64,000 nt of DNA from an uncultured Actinomycetes bacterium (GCA_963779505.1 CAVZYK010000017.1:108896-172895); one strand, 5' to 3'. Shown: positions 1 to 10,740, counted from the first letter of the stretch. Notes: a model not told the origin generated them from the sequence alone. Numbers and translations: made by a program.

Positions 1-758
1 CCCGAAGCAGCCCCGCAAGCGCTTCGACGGCGAAGCCGTCAGCGGTCTGGCCGAGTCGATCAAGGCGCAGGGGCTGATCCAGCCCGTCGTGCTGCGGCCG
101 CGGCTCGAGGGCGGCTACGAGCTGATCGCCGGCGAGCGCCGCTGGCGCGCCGCCCGCGAGGCCGGGCATCGCCGAGGTGCCGGCCGTCATCCGCGACGCT
201 GACGATCGCGACACGCTGCTGCTCGGTCTCGTCGAGAACGTCGCCCGCGAGGACCTGTCTCCGATCGAGGAAGCTCGCGCGTACGCGATTCTCTTCGACG
301 AGTTCGGCCTCTCGCTCGGCGAGGTCGCCGAGCGGGTCGGGCGGTCGAAGCCGGCGGTCTCGAACCGGGTCCGGCTGCTCGAGCTGCCGGAGGACGTGCT
401 CGCGATGGTCGGCCGCAACGAGCTGACCGAGGGCCACGCCCGCGCAGTCCTGGCCGTCCCCGACAACGACGGCCGCCGCAAGCTGGCGCGCCGGATCGTC
501 CGCGAGGGCCTCTCGGTGCGTGCGGCCGAGCGCGCCGCCCGCTGGGCAGGCGCCCGGACGAAGGAGCGCAAGGCGACGTCGGTCGACCCGGTCGTCGCGG
601 GGCGGATCAAGGAGGCGGTCAAGGCCCTGACGGGCTTCGAGGCCAAGGTCGGCACCGCCGGCGTGCACGTCCCGCTCGACGGCGAGGTGCAGCTCGAGGA
701 GCTCGCCGAGGCCCTCGAGACGACTGCTCGCCACCCCGTAACCGAACGCGGCGGGTGA
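1..758 (+). pseudogene. parB: ParB/Spo0J chromosome partitioning protein, 5' partial, one apparent +1 frame break near 160-170
   Basis: Frame 2 (nt 2-196) reads [27 protein letters not shown] and then hits a stop. Frame 3 (ORF 177-758) continues (G)[53 protein letters not shown], which is the ParB box plus HTH. The junction is at gag gcc ggg c atc. Confidence 0.85.
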
Positions 759-771
759 CCGTTGCACCAGC

Positions 772-1020
772 ATGGACGGGCTGTGGCTGCAGGACATCGA
801 GTCGCTCGAGGCGATCTCGCAGGACGACGACACGCGGAATCTCTTCCTCCGCATGGCGCAGCTGTCCCAGGATGGGCGCCTCGCGCCGTTTCTGCGTGAG
901 CTGAAGGACGACCGAGAGCTCGACGAGCTGACGAAGGACACGGTGGCCGAGCTCGCGTCCGACGAAGGCTTTCTGCACGCGGTCGAGGACTACGTCCGCC
1001 GCACACGCGCCCTGCACTGA
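772..1020 (+). CDS. hypothetical small acidic protein (82 aa)
   Basis: Intact ORF 14 nt after the parB stop. No motif recognised. Confidence 0.4.
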   Translation: MDGLWLQDIESLEAISQDDDTRNLFLRMAQLSQDGRLAPFLRELKDDRELDELTKDTVAELASDEGFLHAVEDYVRRTRALH

Positions 1021-1125
1021 GTCCGTTGCGCTCGTCCGCTCGTGGACATTCCGCGCCGGCCGCGGGGAAGATCCGCACCGGGAACGACGTCTTGTAGGTG
1101 ACCACCTGACCAGGGAGGAGCGTCC

Positions 1126-1527
1126 ATGTCCGAGCACGACGAGCCGGAAGCTGTCGAGACCGAGGATGAGGTCGAGGCGCATGGTCTGAAGGAGATTGCG
1201 GTGACAGGTCTCTCCGCCGCGGCACTGATCGCCGGCGCGGGCGATGCGATCGCGGCTACCACACCGGGTCATGCCTCCGCCACGTCGAAGCAGGCGGTAC
1301 ACAAGATCGACGCGGCGCAGAAGGGCGCGGCGTTCACAAGGACGCGACGTGGAAGGGCGCGGCTGTCCAGAAGGACTGCGACGGATCCGACGCTTGAAGC
1401 GCGCGACCGATCCGACGTTGAAGCGCGCGACCGATCCGACGTTGAAGCGCGCGACCGATCCGACGTTGAAGCGCGCAACCGATCCGACGTTGAAGCGGGG
1501 CGGCCCGGGCGCGACCTGAGCCCGTGA
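1126..1527 (+). CDS. hypothetical protein with an acidic N-terminus and a hydrophobic stretch; the C-terminus is made of EARDRSDV octapeptide repeats (extent uncertain)
   Basis: SD-like GGGAGGAG lies 6-7 nt before ATG 1126. The stop TGA 1525-1527 overlaps GTG 1524 of the next gene. Alternative reading: a -1 shift near 1335 gives ..KGAAFxKDATWKGAAVQKDCDGSDA* ending at 1397, which would leave the repeats non-coding. Confidence 0.45.
   Translation: MSEHDEPEAVETEDEVEAHGLKEIAVTGLSAAALIAGAGDAIAATTPGHASATSKQAVHKIDAAQKGAAFTRTRRGRARLSRRTATDPTLEARDRSDVEARDRSDVEARDRSDVEARNRSDVEAGRPGRDLSP
1381..1500. repeat. 24-bp tandem repeat, about 5 copies (unit ACCGATCCGACGTTGAAGCGCGCG)
   Basis: Read directly from the sequence. 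Three perfect copies at 1406-1429, 1430-1453 and 1454-1477 (the last with one substitution), flanked by degenerate copies at 1381-1405 and 1478-1500. Confidence 0.95.
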
Positions 1528-2862
1528 CGACCGTCGCACAGGCACGCCTGCGCGACGCGTTCGCCCGCGCCGGCTACACGCAGGAGGCCCTATCGGCGGC
1601 GCTGCGCGTCGACCAGCCTGTCGGCGCCGGTGCTGCGCGGGCGAACGCAAGCAGGCTCGACGGGCCGCTCGCCACCCTCGCTCGCCTCTTCCTCGCGGGC
1701 GAGAGCGTGCCGAGGTCCGCGGCCGCGGAGGCGCTCGACCTCGACGCGGCGTTCGCGGCGGGACTGCTCGAGGGCGAGGCTGAGCTCACCGCGCTCCTTC
1801 GCGGTCGACGAGTGGTACGGGTTCTACGTCGCGCACGACCACGAAGCCAACGTTGCGTTCGATCACGTCGCCGGCATCAGCAACGCGACCCGGACGCTCG
1901 CGGCGCTGACGCTGCGCCGCCCTGCCCGCCGCGCGCTCGACCTCGGCACCGGTTGCGGCTCGCAGGCGCTGCTCACATCACGCCACGCCGAGCACGTCGT
2001 CGCGACGGACGTGACGGAACGCGCGCTCAGGGTGGCCCGCCTGAACCTCGAGCTGAACGACGTCACGAACGTCGAGCTGCGCGAGGGCAGCCTCTTCGAG
2101 CCGGTCGAGGGCGAGCTCTTCGATCTGATCGTCTCCAACCCGCCCTTCGTCGTCTCGCCCGACACCGATCTGATCTTTCGCGACGCCGGGCTCGAGGGCG
2201 ACGAGATCTCGCGACTCGTTGCGCGGGGCGCGGCGGAGCATCTCGAGCCGGGCGGCTTCGCGTCGATGCTCATCTGCTGGGGGCACGGCGCAGGCGACGA
2301 CTGGAGCGAGCGTGTGCGGGGGTGGCTCGCCGGCGCCGGCTGCGACGCGTGGCTCGTTCGCTACGTGACCGAGGACCCGCTCGAGTACGCCCTCAAGTGG
2401 GCGGGCGAGCCCGCCGCCGAACGCTGGGTCGAGTACTACGACCGGGCGTCGATCGGCACGCTGACGACCGGCGGCCTCGTGCTGCGCAAGCGGGCGGGAG
2501 GCGCCGACGGCTGGTTCGCTTCCGCAGACGCGGAATCGGGGCCGACCGGTCCGGCGACCGACCAGCTCGAGCGCGTGTTCGCTGCACACGACTTTCGAGG
2601 CGACCTGCGCGCAGAGCGGCTGCGGCTTGCGCCGCACGTGCTCGCCGAGCAGCTTCGCTGGTCCGAGGGCGGGTACCGCCACGCCCACCTCGTGACGCGG
2701 CTCGACGAGGGCGCCGGCATCGAGGTGCCGGTCGACCCGGCGGCTCTGCGGGCGCTGTTCGCGCTCGACGGATCGGTACCCGTCGGTGACCTGCCGGACG
2801 CGGAGGCGGCGCTCCCGACGATTCAGCGGCTCCACGAAGCCGGTTTCGTCGAGCGGAACTAA
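1524..2862 (+). pseudogene. class I SAM-dependent methyltransferase (NPPF-motif type with an N-terminal accessory domain), one +1 frame break near 1795-1806
   Basis: The N-terminal part is in the frame of ORF 1524 (..LATLARLFLAGESVPRSAA..GEAELTALLR). The rest is in the frame of ORF 1630 (VDEWYGFYVAHD..LDLGTGCGSQAL..DLIVSNPPFVVSP). The junction is at ctt cgc g gtc gac. Confidence 0.8.
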
Positions 2863-2967
2863 CTCCGGCTGACCGCTCCCGTCCTACGGATGGATCCTGA
2901 CGGGCGCCGAGCGCGTTCAGCAGCGGTTCGAGACCCGCCCCGTCCCGCCCGACGAAAGGATCTCCAC

Positions 2968-5900
2968 ATGATTCGGTTTGCGCGGCTCCTCGCCGGCCTC
3001 GCCGCGAGCGTCCTGCTCGTCGTGCCGCTGTCCGGCGCCGCCGCAGGCAGCCCTCCGCGTCCGGCTGCCGCGCCTGCGGCGTGGCATCGCGTGACGTTGA
3101 TCACCGGCGACGTCGTCCGAGTGCTGACGCGGGCCGACGGCAAGCGCTCGGTCAGCCTCGAGGCGGGTGCCGACGGGGCCGTGCCCGATGCAGCGATCAG
3201 CGAAGTCGGCGACCATCTCTACGTCGTTCCGCGCTCGGCCGCACCGCTGCTCGCCGCGAACCGCGTCGACCGCGATCTGTTCGACGTCGCGAAGCTGATC
3301 CGTCTCGGTTACGACGATGCGCGCCGGCAGACGCTGCCTGTGATCGTCGACTACGGCCGTGGCTCTGCGGCGGCCGGCGAGGCGCGAAGCGCGACGCTCG
3401 CAGACGCCGGCAAGACCGTGACGCTGCCTGCTCTCGGCGCCGCCGCGTTCGCTGCCGACAAGAGCCACGCGCACGGTTTCTGGCGTTCTCTGACGACGAA
3501 CACCGACGCTGCCGGCGCTCCCACAGCGCTGACCGACGGCGCCACACACGTCGACCTCGACGGCCGCGTGCGCGCACTGCTCGACGTCTCGGTCCCGCAG
3601 ATCCACGCGCCGACGGCCTGGGCTGCCGGGCTCGACGGTGCCGGGACGACGGTGGCGGTGCTCGACACCGGCTACGACCCGACGCATCCCGATCTTGCCG
3701 GCCGCGTCACAGGCACGTCGAACTTCACGACCGACTCGAGCGTCGTCGACGGCAACGGTCACGGCACACACGTCGCATCGACGATCGCCGGGAGTGGAGC
3801 CGCCTCGTCCGGCAAGTACAAGGGCGTGGCTCCTGGCGCGCACCTGCTGGTCGGCAAGGTTCTCGCCGATGCCGGCTTCGGCGAGGACTCGTGGGTCCTG
3901 GCCGGGATGGAGTGGGCGGTAGCCCAGGGCGCCGACGTCGTCAGCATGAGCCTCGGCGGGGACGCTGCCGGTGACGGCACCGACCCCCTCAGCCGCGCGA
4001 TCGACGATCTCTCCGCGAGCTCGAAGACGTTGTTCGTCGTCGCGGCCGGCAACAACGGCGGCAACGGGCCCGACACGATCACCGCACCCGGAGCGGCCGA
4101 CGCTGCGCTGACCGTCGGTGCGGTCGACTCCTCCGACACGCTCGCGTACTTCTCGAGTCGCGGCCCGCGGATCGGCGATCACGCCCTGAAGCCGGACGTG
4201 GTCGCGCCAGGCGTCTCGATCACGGCCGCTCGTGCGGCGGGCACCTCGCTCGGCAACCCGGTCGACGAGTGGTACACCGATCTCGACGGCACGTCGATGG
4301 CGACGCCCCACGTCGCAGGGCTCGCGGCGATCCTCAAGCAGGAGCATCCGAGCTGGGACGGCGAGCTGCTCAAGGACGCCGTTGCCGACTCGACCGTTCC
4401 CGTCGCAGGTGCGACGGCCTTCGAGGCCGGAAGCGGCCGCGTCGACGCCGCGCTCGCGATCGCCGACACGATCGTCACGGATCCGTCGCTGCAGCTCGGG
4501 TTCTACCCCTACCCGCAGTCGCAGCTCGCTGTGACGCGCACGTCCTTGACCTACACGAACCTCGCGACCAAGGACGTGACGCTCGCGCTCGCGCTGGACG
4601 CAGAGGATCCGGCGGGCGACGCGCCGGCGGGAGTGTCCCTCTCCGCCCGCAGCTTGGTCGTGCCGGCGGGCGGAGCTGCACAGGTCGACGTCGATCGTCG
4701 ATCCGGCTGCGGCCGGCGCCGGCGATCACTCCGGTGTGATCACGGCAAGCGCGCCGGGAGCTGGGGTCGGTGCGTACGGCATTCGGGCTCTCGCTCGAGA
4801 GCGAGCACTACGACCTCACCGTCCGTGTGCAGCCTCGCCCTGGCACGCAGGATGCGACGCACACCGTTGCGCTGCTGGGGCTCGACACCGGTGACTACGA
4901 CCAGCGGGAGCTCACGGGCGCAGGTCCCGCCGAGCGTCGACCTTCCGCGTCCCTCCGGGCACGTACAGCGCGGGTGCAATCTCATTCGGACTCGCAGCTG
5001 ACGAGGCGCACGAGGGGATCGTTGCCTACCAGCCGACGATCCACCTGAATGCGAACACGTCGGTCGTTCTCGACGAGGCGGCTGCGCAGCCCTTCTCGTA
5101 CTGCGACCGATCGCCCAGCCTGGAACGAAGGGCAGGCGATGCTCGTCCAGTGGGACGGCGACAGCAGGCAGCGGCGGACTGATGCTGACCGGCTCGACCG
5201 ACCGCCTGTTCGCGACGCCGCTCGCGTCGACGCCGGAAGCCACAGGTGAGCTCCGCCCTCTGGGGGATGCTCTCGCAGCCGGCCGCCGATCTTCGCGTCG
5301 GTGACGAGCGGTCCGTCTCCTTGCAGCCGCTTGCGGCGGCCGGCGCAGCCGGCGTGGGACGTGCCGGTGCCCGCACTTCGCGGCGACTTCCGCGTCGTCG
5401 ACGCGGGCACGGCAGCGGCCCCGAGCACGGCCGGCGTCAAGCGGGCGATCGCCGTCGTCTCGGGAACCTGCGGCGACCTGGGCGACGCAGCACGGACGCT
5501 GGCCGCCGCGGGTGCCGCCGCCATGGTCGCGTACGCCGGTGACGGCGCCGAGTGCGCCGGCAACGCTCGACCAGCCCGCTCCGCTGCCGGCGTTCCAGGC
5601 CCGCCCGTTCGACGCCGTTCGCCTGCTCGGGCGACGTGAGCGATGCGCAGCTCGAGACGCATTCCTCGCCCGAGTACATCTACGACCTCGTCGGCTCGTG
5701 GGACGGGCTCGTTCCGGCGGGCGCCGTGCTCGACGGCGGCGCGAAGCACGTCGCGTCGTTCGTCGAGGACTATCGGTCGCTCGGCGGCACGTCCGACGCA
5801 GGCCATCGGGTCTGGGACATGCATCTCGGCTGGGTTCAGTCGCTTGGGATCGCCGCCTTCGGGCTTGTCCGGCCCGTCGCGGTGCCCGGCACAGTCACGC

Positions 5901-6703
5901 ATTACGCCAGCCCGGGCGCCCAGTGGGAGCGCACCGTCGAGGTGCGAGACGCCGCTGGTCGGCCCGAAGGTGCGCTCGACGCGCCGACGAGGCCGGTCGC
6001 TGCTCGTGAGACGATTCGCGACCACTGGTTCGGTGGCCCGATCGTCGCCCAGACCTCGCCGCTCACGGACTTCACCGACTGGCGCGCCGCCCCGTATCGG
6101 GAGGGTGACTACCTCTGGATGTTCCAGCCGGCGTTCGCGGACGATGCGGGCCACATCGGCTACCCGTTCTACCTCGGCGAGTTCGACGGGAAGCTCTACG
6201 TCGACGGCGAGCTCGCCGCCGCCGGCGACGATCCGCTCTGGATGCAGACCTTCGCGGAGCCCGAAAGCCATCAGTACGAGCTCGTGTACGCGACCCATCG
6301 CGAGAACGGGTTCTGGCAGCGCTCGAAGGATGTCGAGACCCGCTGGCGTTTCACCTCGGAGCGGCCGGCGGCGGACCACGAGACGCTGCCGCTGATCAAC
6401 GTCGACTACGACCTGTCGCTCTCGAGTCTGAACACCGCGCCGCCCGGGCCGTTCTCCTTCGGCGTCCGTTTCCGGCTCGCGCCAGGTGCGACGCCGAGCC
6501 CGATCACGAGCGTCGTGGTGGAAGCCTCCTGGAACGGCGGCACCACCTGGTCACCTGCAGCCACACGCTGCAAGCGCGCCGCGTGCACCGTCCAGGTCCG
6601 CAACCCGGGCTCGGGCTCCGCCTCCCTGCGGGTGACCGCGACCGACGCCGCCGGCCGCTCGGTCGTCCAGACGGTCAGCGATGCCTACGGCGTCGCGAAA
6701 TGA
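2968..6703 (+). pseudogene. secreted S8 subtilisin-like serine peptidase with a PA-like insert and a large C-terminal domain; about 9 frame changes between 4690 and 5640
   Basis: Signal peptide MIRFARLLAGLAASVLLVVPLSGAAAG. Catalytic triad motifs VAVLDTGYD, GHGTHVAST and GTSMATPHVAG are in one frame (2968-4690). Protein-like segments then hop between frames (VRTAFGLSLESEHYDLTV.., FRVPPGTYSAGAISFGL.., FRVVDAGT..AIAVVSGTCGDL..AMVAYAG, LDQPAPLPAFQARPFDAVRLLG). A clean ~350-aa C-terminus follows in ORF 5552-6703. Confidence 0.85.
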
Positions 6704-6735
6704 ACGAACCCGGCTGGAACCGGGGGTGTCGCCGA

Positions 6736-6809
<74 letters not shown>

Positions 6810-6834
6810 GCATCGCGGGTAATGCGCGGGCCGC

Positions 6835-6844
6835 AGTGTAGCCG
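6835..6844 (-). promoter_or_regulatory. candidate -10 region CGGCTACACT for tRNA-Ile
   Basis: The reverse complement of 6835-6844 is CGGCTACACT, identical to the 10-mer upstream of tRNA-Phe. It ends 25 nt before the tRNA 5' end. Confidence 0.35.
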
Positions 6845-6878
6845 GAACCCGGCCCGCGTTTGGCCCCCGGGGCGGGGG

Positions 6879-6884
6879 TAACCT
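6879..6884 (+). promoter_or_regulatory. candidate -10 hexamer TAACCT just upstream of the bifunctional nuclease start
   Basis: TANNNT hexamer 5 nt before GTG 6890 and 8 nt before ATG 6893. This would give a leaderless or near-leaderless mRNA. Confidence 0.3.
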
Positions 6885-6892
6885 ACGAGGTG

Positions 6893-7420
6893 ATGGTCGA
6901 GATGACGATCTACGGAGTCTCCTTCGACCTCGTCGGAAAGCAGCCGATCGTGCTGCTGAAGACGGCCGACGGGAACCGCTACCTGCCGATCTGGATCGGT
7001 CACCCGGAAGCGGCGGCGATCCTGATGAAGCTCCAGGGCGCGACCGCGCAGCGGCCGCTGACGCACGACCTGCTGATGAACATCCTCGGCGAGCTCGACG
7101 CCGAGGTCGTGCGCGTGACGGTGACGGAGCTGCGCGAGAACACGTTCCACGCATCGATCACGATCGCCCAGAACGGGTCCGAGGTCGAGATCGACTCGCG
7201 CTCCTCCGATGCGATCGCGGTCGCCGTGCGCGCACAGGCTCCGATCTTCGCCGCTGACGACGTGATCGAGGAGTCGGCGATCGAGATGGAGGGCGACGAC
7301 GTCAACGAGGAGGAGATCGTCGACGAGTTCAAGCGCTTCCTCGACAAGGTCTCGGCGGAGGACTTCGCAGAGGCCGAGGTCGAGGAGGACGCCGAGCAGG
7401 CCGAGCGCGACGACGACTGA
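6893..7420 (+). CDS. bifunctional nuclease family protein (BFN/DUF151 domain)
   Basis: YGVSFDLVGKQPIVLLK..RYLPIWIGHPEAAAI..RPLTHDLL..VRVTVTEL..TFHA, with an acidic C-terminal tail. The start could also be GTG 6890 or 6860. Confidence 0.8.
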   Translation: MVEMTIYGVSFDLVGKQPIVLLKTADGNRYLPIWIGHPEAAAILMKLQGATAQRPLTHDLLMNILGELDAEVVRVTVTELRENTFHASITIAQNGSEVEIDSRSSDAIAVAVRAQAPIFAADDVIEESAIEMEGDDVNEEEIVDEFKRFLDKVSAEDFAEAEVEEDAEQAERDDD

Positions 7421-7429
7421 CCGAGTCGG

Positions 7430-7702
7430 TCAGCGCTCGAGCTCGCGCTTCGTCAGCGCCAGCAGCTCGACGTAGAACGCGCGCAGCCCGTCGTCGCTCA
7501 GCGGCCCGTCGTTCTCCTCGACGCGCGTCTCGACCATCGAGCGCTCGCGGTCGGGATCGACGAACGCGATTCCGTTCGCGTCCTTGTAGCGCTTCAGCTC
7601 GGCGACGAGCTCGAGCCTGCGGTTGACCGCGTCGAGGATCAGCCGGTCGAGCTCGGTGATCCGCTCGCGGAACCGTGCGACTTCGTCGTCGGCGTTGCTC
7701 AT
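7430..7702 (-). CDS. chorismate mutase (AroQ class, 90 aa)
   Basis: MSNADDEVARFRERITELDRLILDAVNRRLELVAELKRYK..GIAFVDPDRE, a typical CM_2 helix pattern. ATG is at 7702, and the gene overlaps the upstream gene stop by 4 nt. Confidence 0.75.
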   Translation of the reverse strand: MSNADDEVARFRERITELDRLILDAVNRRLELVAELKRYKDANGIAFVDPDRERSMVETRVEENDGPLSDDGLRAFYVELLALTKRELER

Positions 7703-8927
7703 TGGTACACGTATACCGTCGAGCCGTAGCCGATCTGCGCGTAGACCGTCTGCGCGATCCACATCGGGATGCGCGCGCAGCCGTGCGACGCCGGGTACGG
7801 GGGCACATCTGGATACCCGTGGACGGCGAAGCCACGCAGGAAGTAGCTCGGGTAGTAGAGGACCCAGTCGAACCCGCCGACCTTGCGGTAGACGTGCCAG
7901 GTGCCGAGCGGTGTGTTGCCCGTTGCACCCGTGGACGTCGCCACCGTCAGTGTCACCTTGCCGCCGCGCACGATGAACAGCACCTGGCGTGTCTTGTCGA
8001 TCTCGATGTGGTCGCCGCCGTACCGGGCGAGCGGTGCGTGCGCCGCGACGATGCGTGCCCACAGCGTCGCATCGACACTTCCCGTGCGCGCGAGCCGCTC
8101 GACTTTCTGGAACGCGTAGACCGCCTCGAGGTCCTCGCTGCCGAAGTAGCCGTCACGCTTGATCGCGTAGTGGAGCTCGGCCAGCCGCCGCTCGAGCTCG
8201 CGGACGCTCGCCCCGCGTGCACCCAGCGACAGGTTCGGCTGCACGACCGAGAGCGACGTCGCCGCGCTCACTGACCGCCAGCCCTTGGCCGGCCGCGAGC
8301 GCAGCTGAACGTGCGCGACGCGCGCCGTGCGCGTGTCGACGAGCCGAGGCCCGACGACCGTGCCGGCACTCGCGGGGTGCAGCGTGCCGACGACACGTAC
8401 GCGGCCACCGACGACCGGGCTGCCGATCGTGCGCAGCGTCAGCTTCGGGATCACTGCGATGCGGACCGGCGCGGCGCGGACGCCGAGCGCCTGCGCCGTC
8501 CAGGGTGCGGTGCCGAGGATGCGGATCGCGCAGCTTCCCGTTGACGAAGTGCCTACCCCGGAGCGTCACGGGAACGCGCGGAATGACGCTCGCGTGCAGC
8601 GTCACGCGCTGCGCATAGCGAGCGACCTTCGGCCCCGTCACCTTGAGCGAGATCGCGGTCACGACCGGTGCGGCTTCCGCGCCTCGCGTCGGAGGTCAGC
8701 GTCGGGCGGAAGGCGCCGGCGCCGTACACGTGCTGCACCGATGCGCCCAGCCCCTCCTCGCCGTCACCGAAGCTCCAGGCATAGGTCGCGGATGTGCACG
8801 TGGCGGTGAACGTGACCGTCAGCGGCGCCGACCCGACCACACGCGTCGACGTGACGCCGCAGGGCGCCGCGTGCGCCGACGGCGCGAGGACGAGCACGAA
8901 GAGCGCAACGAGGGCGACGCGACGCAC
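7699..8927 (-). pseudogene. L,D-transpeptidase (signal peptide, PKD-like domain, PG-binding domain and YkuD domain), two +1 frame breaks near 8688 and 8525
   Basis: Three consecutive frames carry the protein. First: MRRVALVALFVLVLAPSAHA..APLTVTFTA..YAWSFGDGE. Second: VVTAISLKVTGPKVARYAQRVTLHASV. Third: IRILGTAPW..SVRELERRLAELHY..GDHIEIDKTRQVLF..GFAVHGYP..ASHGCARI. Confidence 0.8.
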
Positions 8928-8938
8928 TGCTCAGGAAT

Positions 8939-9593
8939 CTAGCCGTGGATGGTGACGGCGGCCACCAGCGCGACCAGGTTGAACAGGCCGTGCAGGAACA
9001 TGCCGGGGATGACGCTGTCGGTGCGCGCGCGGATCCACGCGAGCGCGCAGCCGAACGCCGCGATGATCGGCAGCGAGATGACGAGGCCGTGCGCGAGCCC
9101 GAACAGGATCCCGACGGCGAGGATCGCCGGCCAGCGGCCGAAGCGGACGAGCAGCGAGTAGCCGAGCCCGCGGTAGGTCAGCTCCTCGACGAACGGGATC
9201 CACGTGCAGATGACGATCGCGTTCACGATGTACGCCGTCGCATGTGCCGGCTGCCAGGCGGTGGGCGTGAGCCCCTGCTCGTTCCCGGGATGGGCGAGGG
9301 CGCTGTAGAGCACCTCGAACGCATAGATGGCGACGATCGCGACCCCGACCACCTTGAACGCGTCGACGGAGCGAGGTCGGCCGGCGCAGCGCCAGCAGCT
9401 GCCGGCTGAAGCCGGCCAGCGCGAGCACCAGCACGAGCACGATCCCGTCCTGGATGATCCCGCCGATCGCGGTCGACCACTGGTAGAGGACGTTCGGGTC
9501 GGGCTTCCCCTCCGTCGCCCGTCCCAGATAGGAGACCGCGATCATCAGACCGACGAGCACGAGCCAGCCTGCGAGCCGCGCCGTCTCGTCCAT
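8939..9593 (-). pseudogene. CPBP family intramembrane glutamic endopeptidase (CAAX protease-like), one +1 frame break near 9368
   Basis: The N-terminal TM part (MDETARLAGWLVLVGLMIAVSY..) is in the frame of ORF 8931-9755. The C-terminal part is in ORF 8939-9352 and carries the EELTYRG and FGLAHG motifs. Confidence 0.75.
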
Positions 9594-9609
9594 ACGATGT
9601 TCCGGCGCC

Positions 9610-10020
9610 GTGCCCGATCGCATGTTCACTCCCGCCGAGGCTAACAGTGCCCTCACCGAAGTGCGCCCGGTCGCGGAGCGCCTCGTCGCTGTGCGCAAGC
9701 GCATGCGTGAGCTCGAGCGGACGCAACGCGATCTCGTGACCGCGATCGGCGGCAACGGCGGCGGTTACGCGGCCGGCGACCTGAACGAGGCGCAGACCGA
9801 GCTCGTCGGGCTCGCGGACGCGGCCGTCGCGTGCGTCGACAAGCTGGACGAGCTGGGCGTGCAGATCAAGGACCTCGACGCCGGGTTGCTCGACTTCCCC
9901 GCCCTGCGCGACGGGACCGAGGTCGAGCTCTGCTGGCAGGTCGGCGAGGAGGCCGTCGAGCACTGGCACGGCATCGGCGAGGGCTTCGCCGGGCGGAAAC
10001 CGATCGACTGGGACGAATAG
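9610..10020 (+). CDS. DUF2203 domain-containing protein
   Basis: MFTPAEANSALTEVRPVAERLV..LDELGVQIKDLDAGLLDFPA..ELCWQVGE pattern. The start may instead be ATG 9622. Confidence 0.7.
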   Translation: MPDRMFTPAEANSALTEVRPVAERLVAVRKRMRELERTQRDLVTAIGGNGGGYAAGDLNEAQTELVGLADAAVACVDKLDELGVQIKDLDAGLLDFPALRDGTEVELCWQVGEEAVEHWHGIGEGFAGRKPIDWDE

Positions 10021-10740
10021 ATGCTGGCGATGTCCGACTTCTGGCAGCACCTGCTCGTCGCGGTCGTGGTGATCGTCCTGGCGGCGGCGCTCGCGAAGAT
10101 CGTCGACTGGCGCATCCGCCGGCACAACCTCGCGCCCGGCTCGATGACGCGCTACCGGGTGCTTCGCCGGACGCTCTTCGCCGTGATCATCTTCGTCGGC
10201 GTCATGTCGGCGCTGCTCGTCATCCCCCAGGTGCGTGCGATCGCGGGCGGTGTGCTCGCGTCCTCGGCCGTGATCGGGCTCGTGATCGGCTTCGCCAGCC
10301 AGCGGACGATCGGCAATGTCGTCGCCGGCGTCCTGATCGCGATCTCCCAGCCGCTGCGGCTCGGGGACGAGGTCGAGGTGCAGGGCACGAAGGGGGTCGT
10401 CGAGGAGATCGGCCTCACCTACACCTGGATCCGCACCCGCGACAACGACCGGCTCGTCGTCCCGAACGAGAGGCTGGCCTCGGATACCATCCGCAACTCC
10501 ACGATCCGAAGCGAGTCGTCGCTCGCCGAGGTCACCATCGAGGTGCCTGCAGGCCCGGATCTGCGCGGCGTCGTCGAGTCGCTGAAGGGCGAGGGAGAAG
10601 AGGTATTCGTGAGCGACCTGACAGGTGACAAGGCGACGATTCTCGTCCGCAAGTGGATCCCTGGCGAGGGGTCGGCCGAGCTCGCCGAGAGTGAGCTCCG
10701 CATCGTCCTCGCCGAGCGCCTCGAGCAGCGATCCGCATGA
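10021..10740 (+). CDS. mechanosensitive ion channel family protein (MscS-like)
   Basis: N-terminal TM helices, then SAVIGLVIGFASQRTIGNVVAGVLIAISQPLRLGDEVEV, the MscS TM3/beta-domain signature. Confidence 0.85.
   Translation: MLAMSDFWQHLLVAVVVIVLAAALAKIVDWRIRRHNLAPGSMTRYRVLRRTLFAVIIFVGVMSALLVIPQVRAIAGGVLASSAVIGLVIGFASQRTIGNVVAGVLIAISQPLRLGDEVEVQGTKGVVEEIGLTYTWIRTRDNDRLVVPNERLASDTIRNSTIRSESSLAEVTIEVPAGPDLRGVVESLKGEGEEVFVSDLTGDKATILVRKWIPGEGSAELAESELRIVLAERLEQRSA

Noticed and set aside
60-941. 293-aa and 343-aa minus-strand ORFs (60-941 and 619-1650) overlapping parB and the small ORFs
   Set aside because: They are antisense to recognisable ParB sequence, are Ser/Arg-rich, and show no motif. 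They are GC-skewed open frames.
1381-1500. Possible CRISPR array
   Set aside because: The repeats are directly adjacent with no spacers, the unit is only 24 bp, and no cas genes are nearby. It is a simple tandem repeat.
7418-7432. Inverted repeat TGACCGA-G-TCGGTCA between the convergent nuclease and chorismate mutase genes, as a possible terminator
   Set aside because: A 1-nt loop cannot form. The symmetry largely results from the two facing stop codons (TGA/TCA) with a 9-nt gap.
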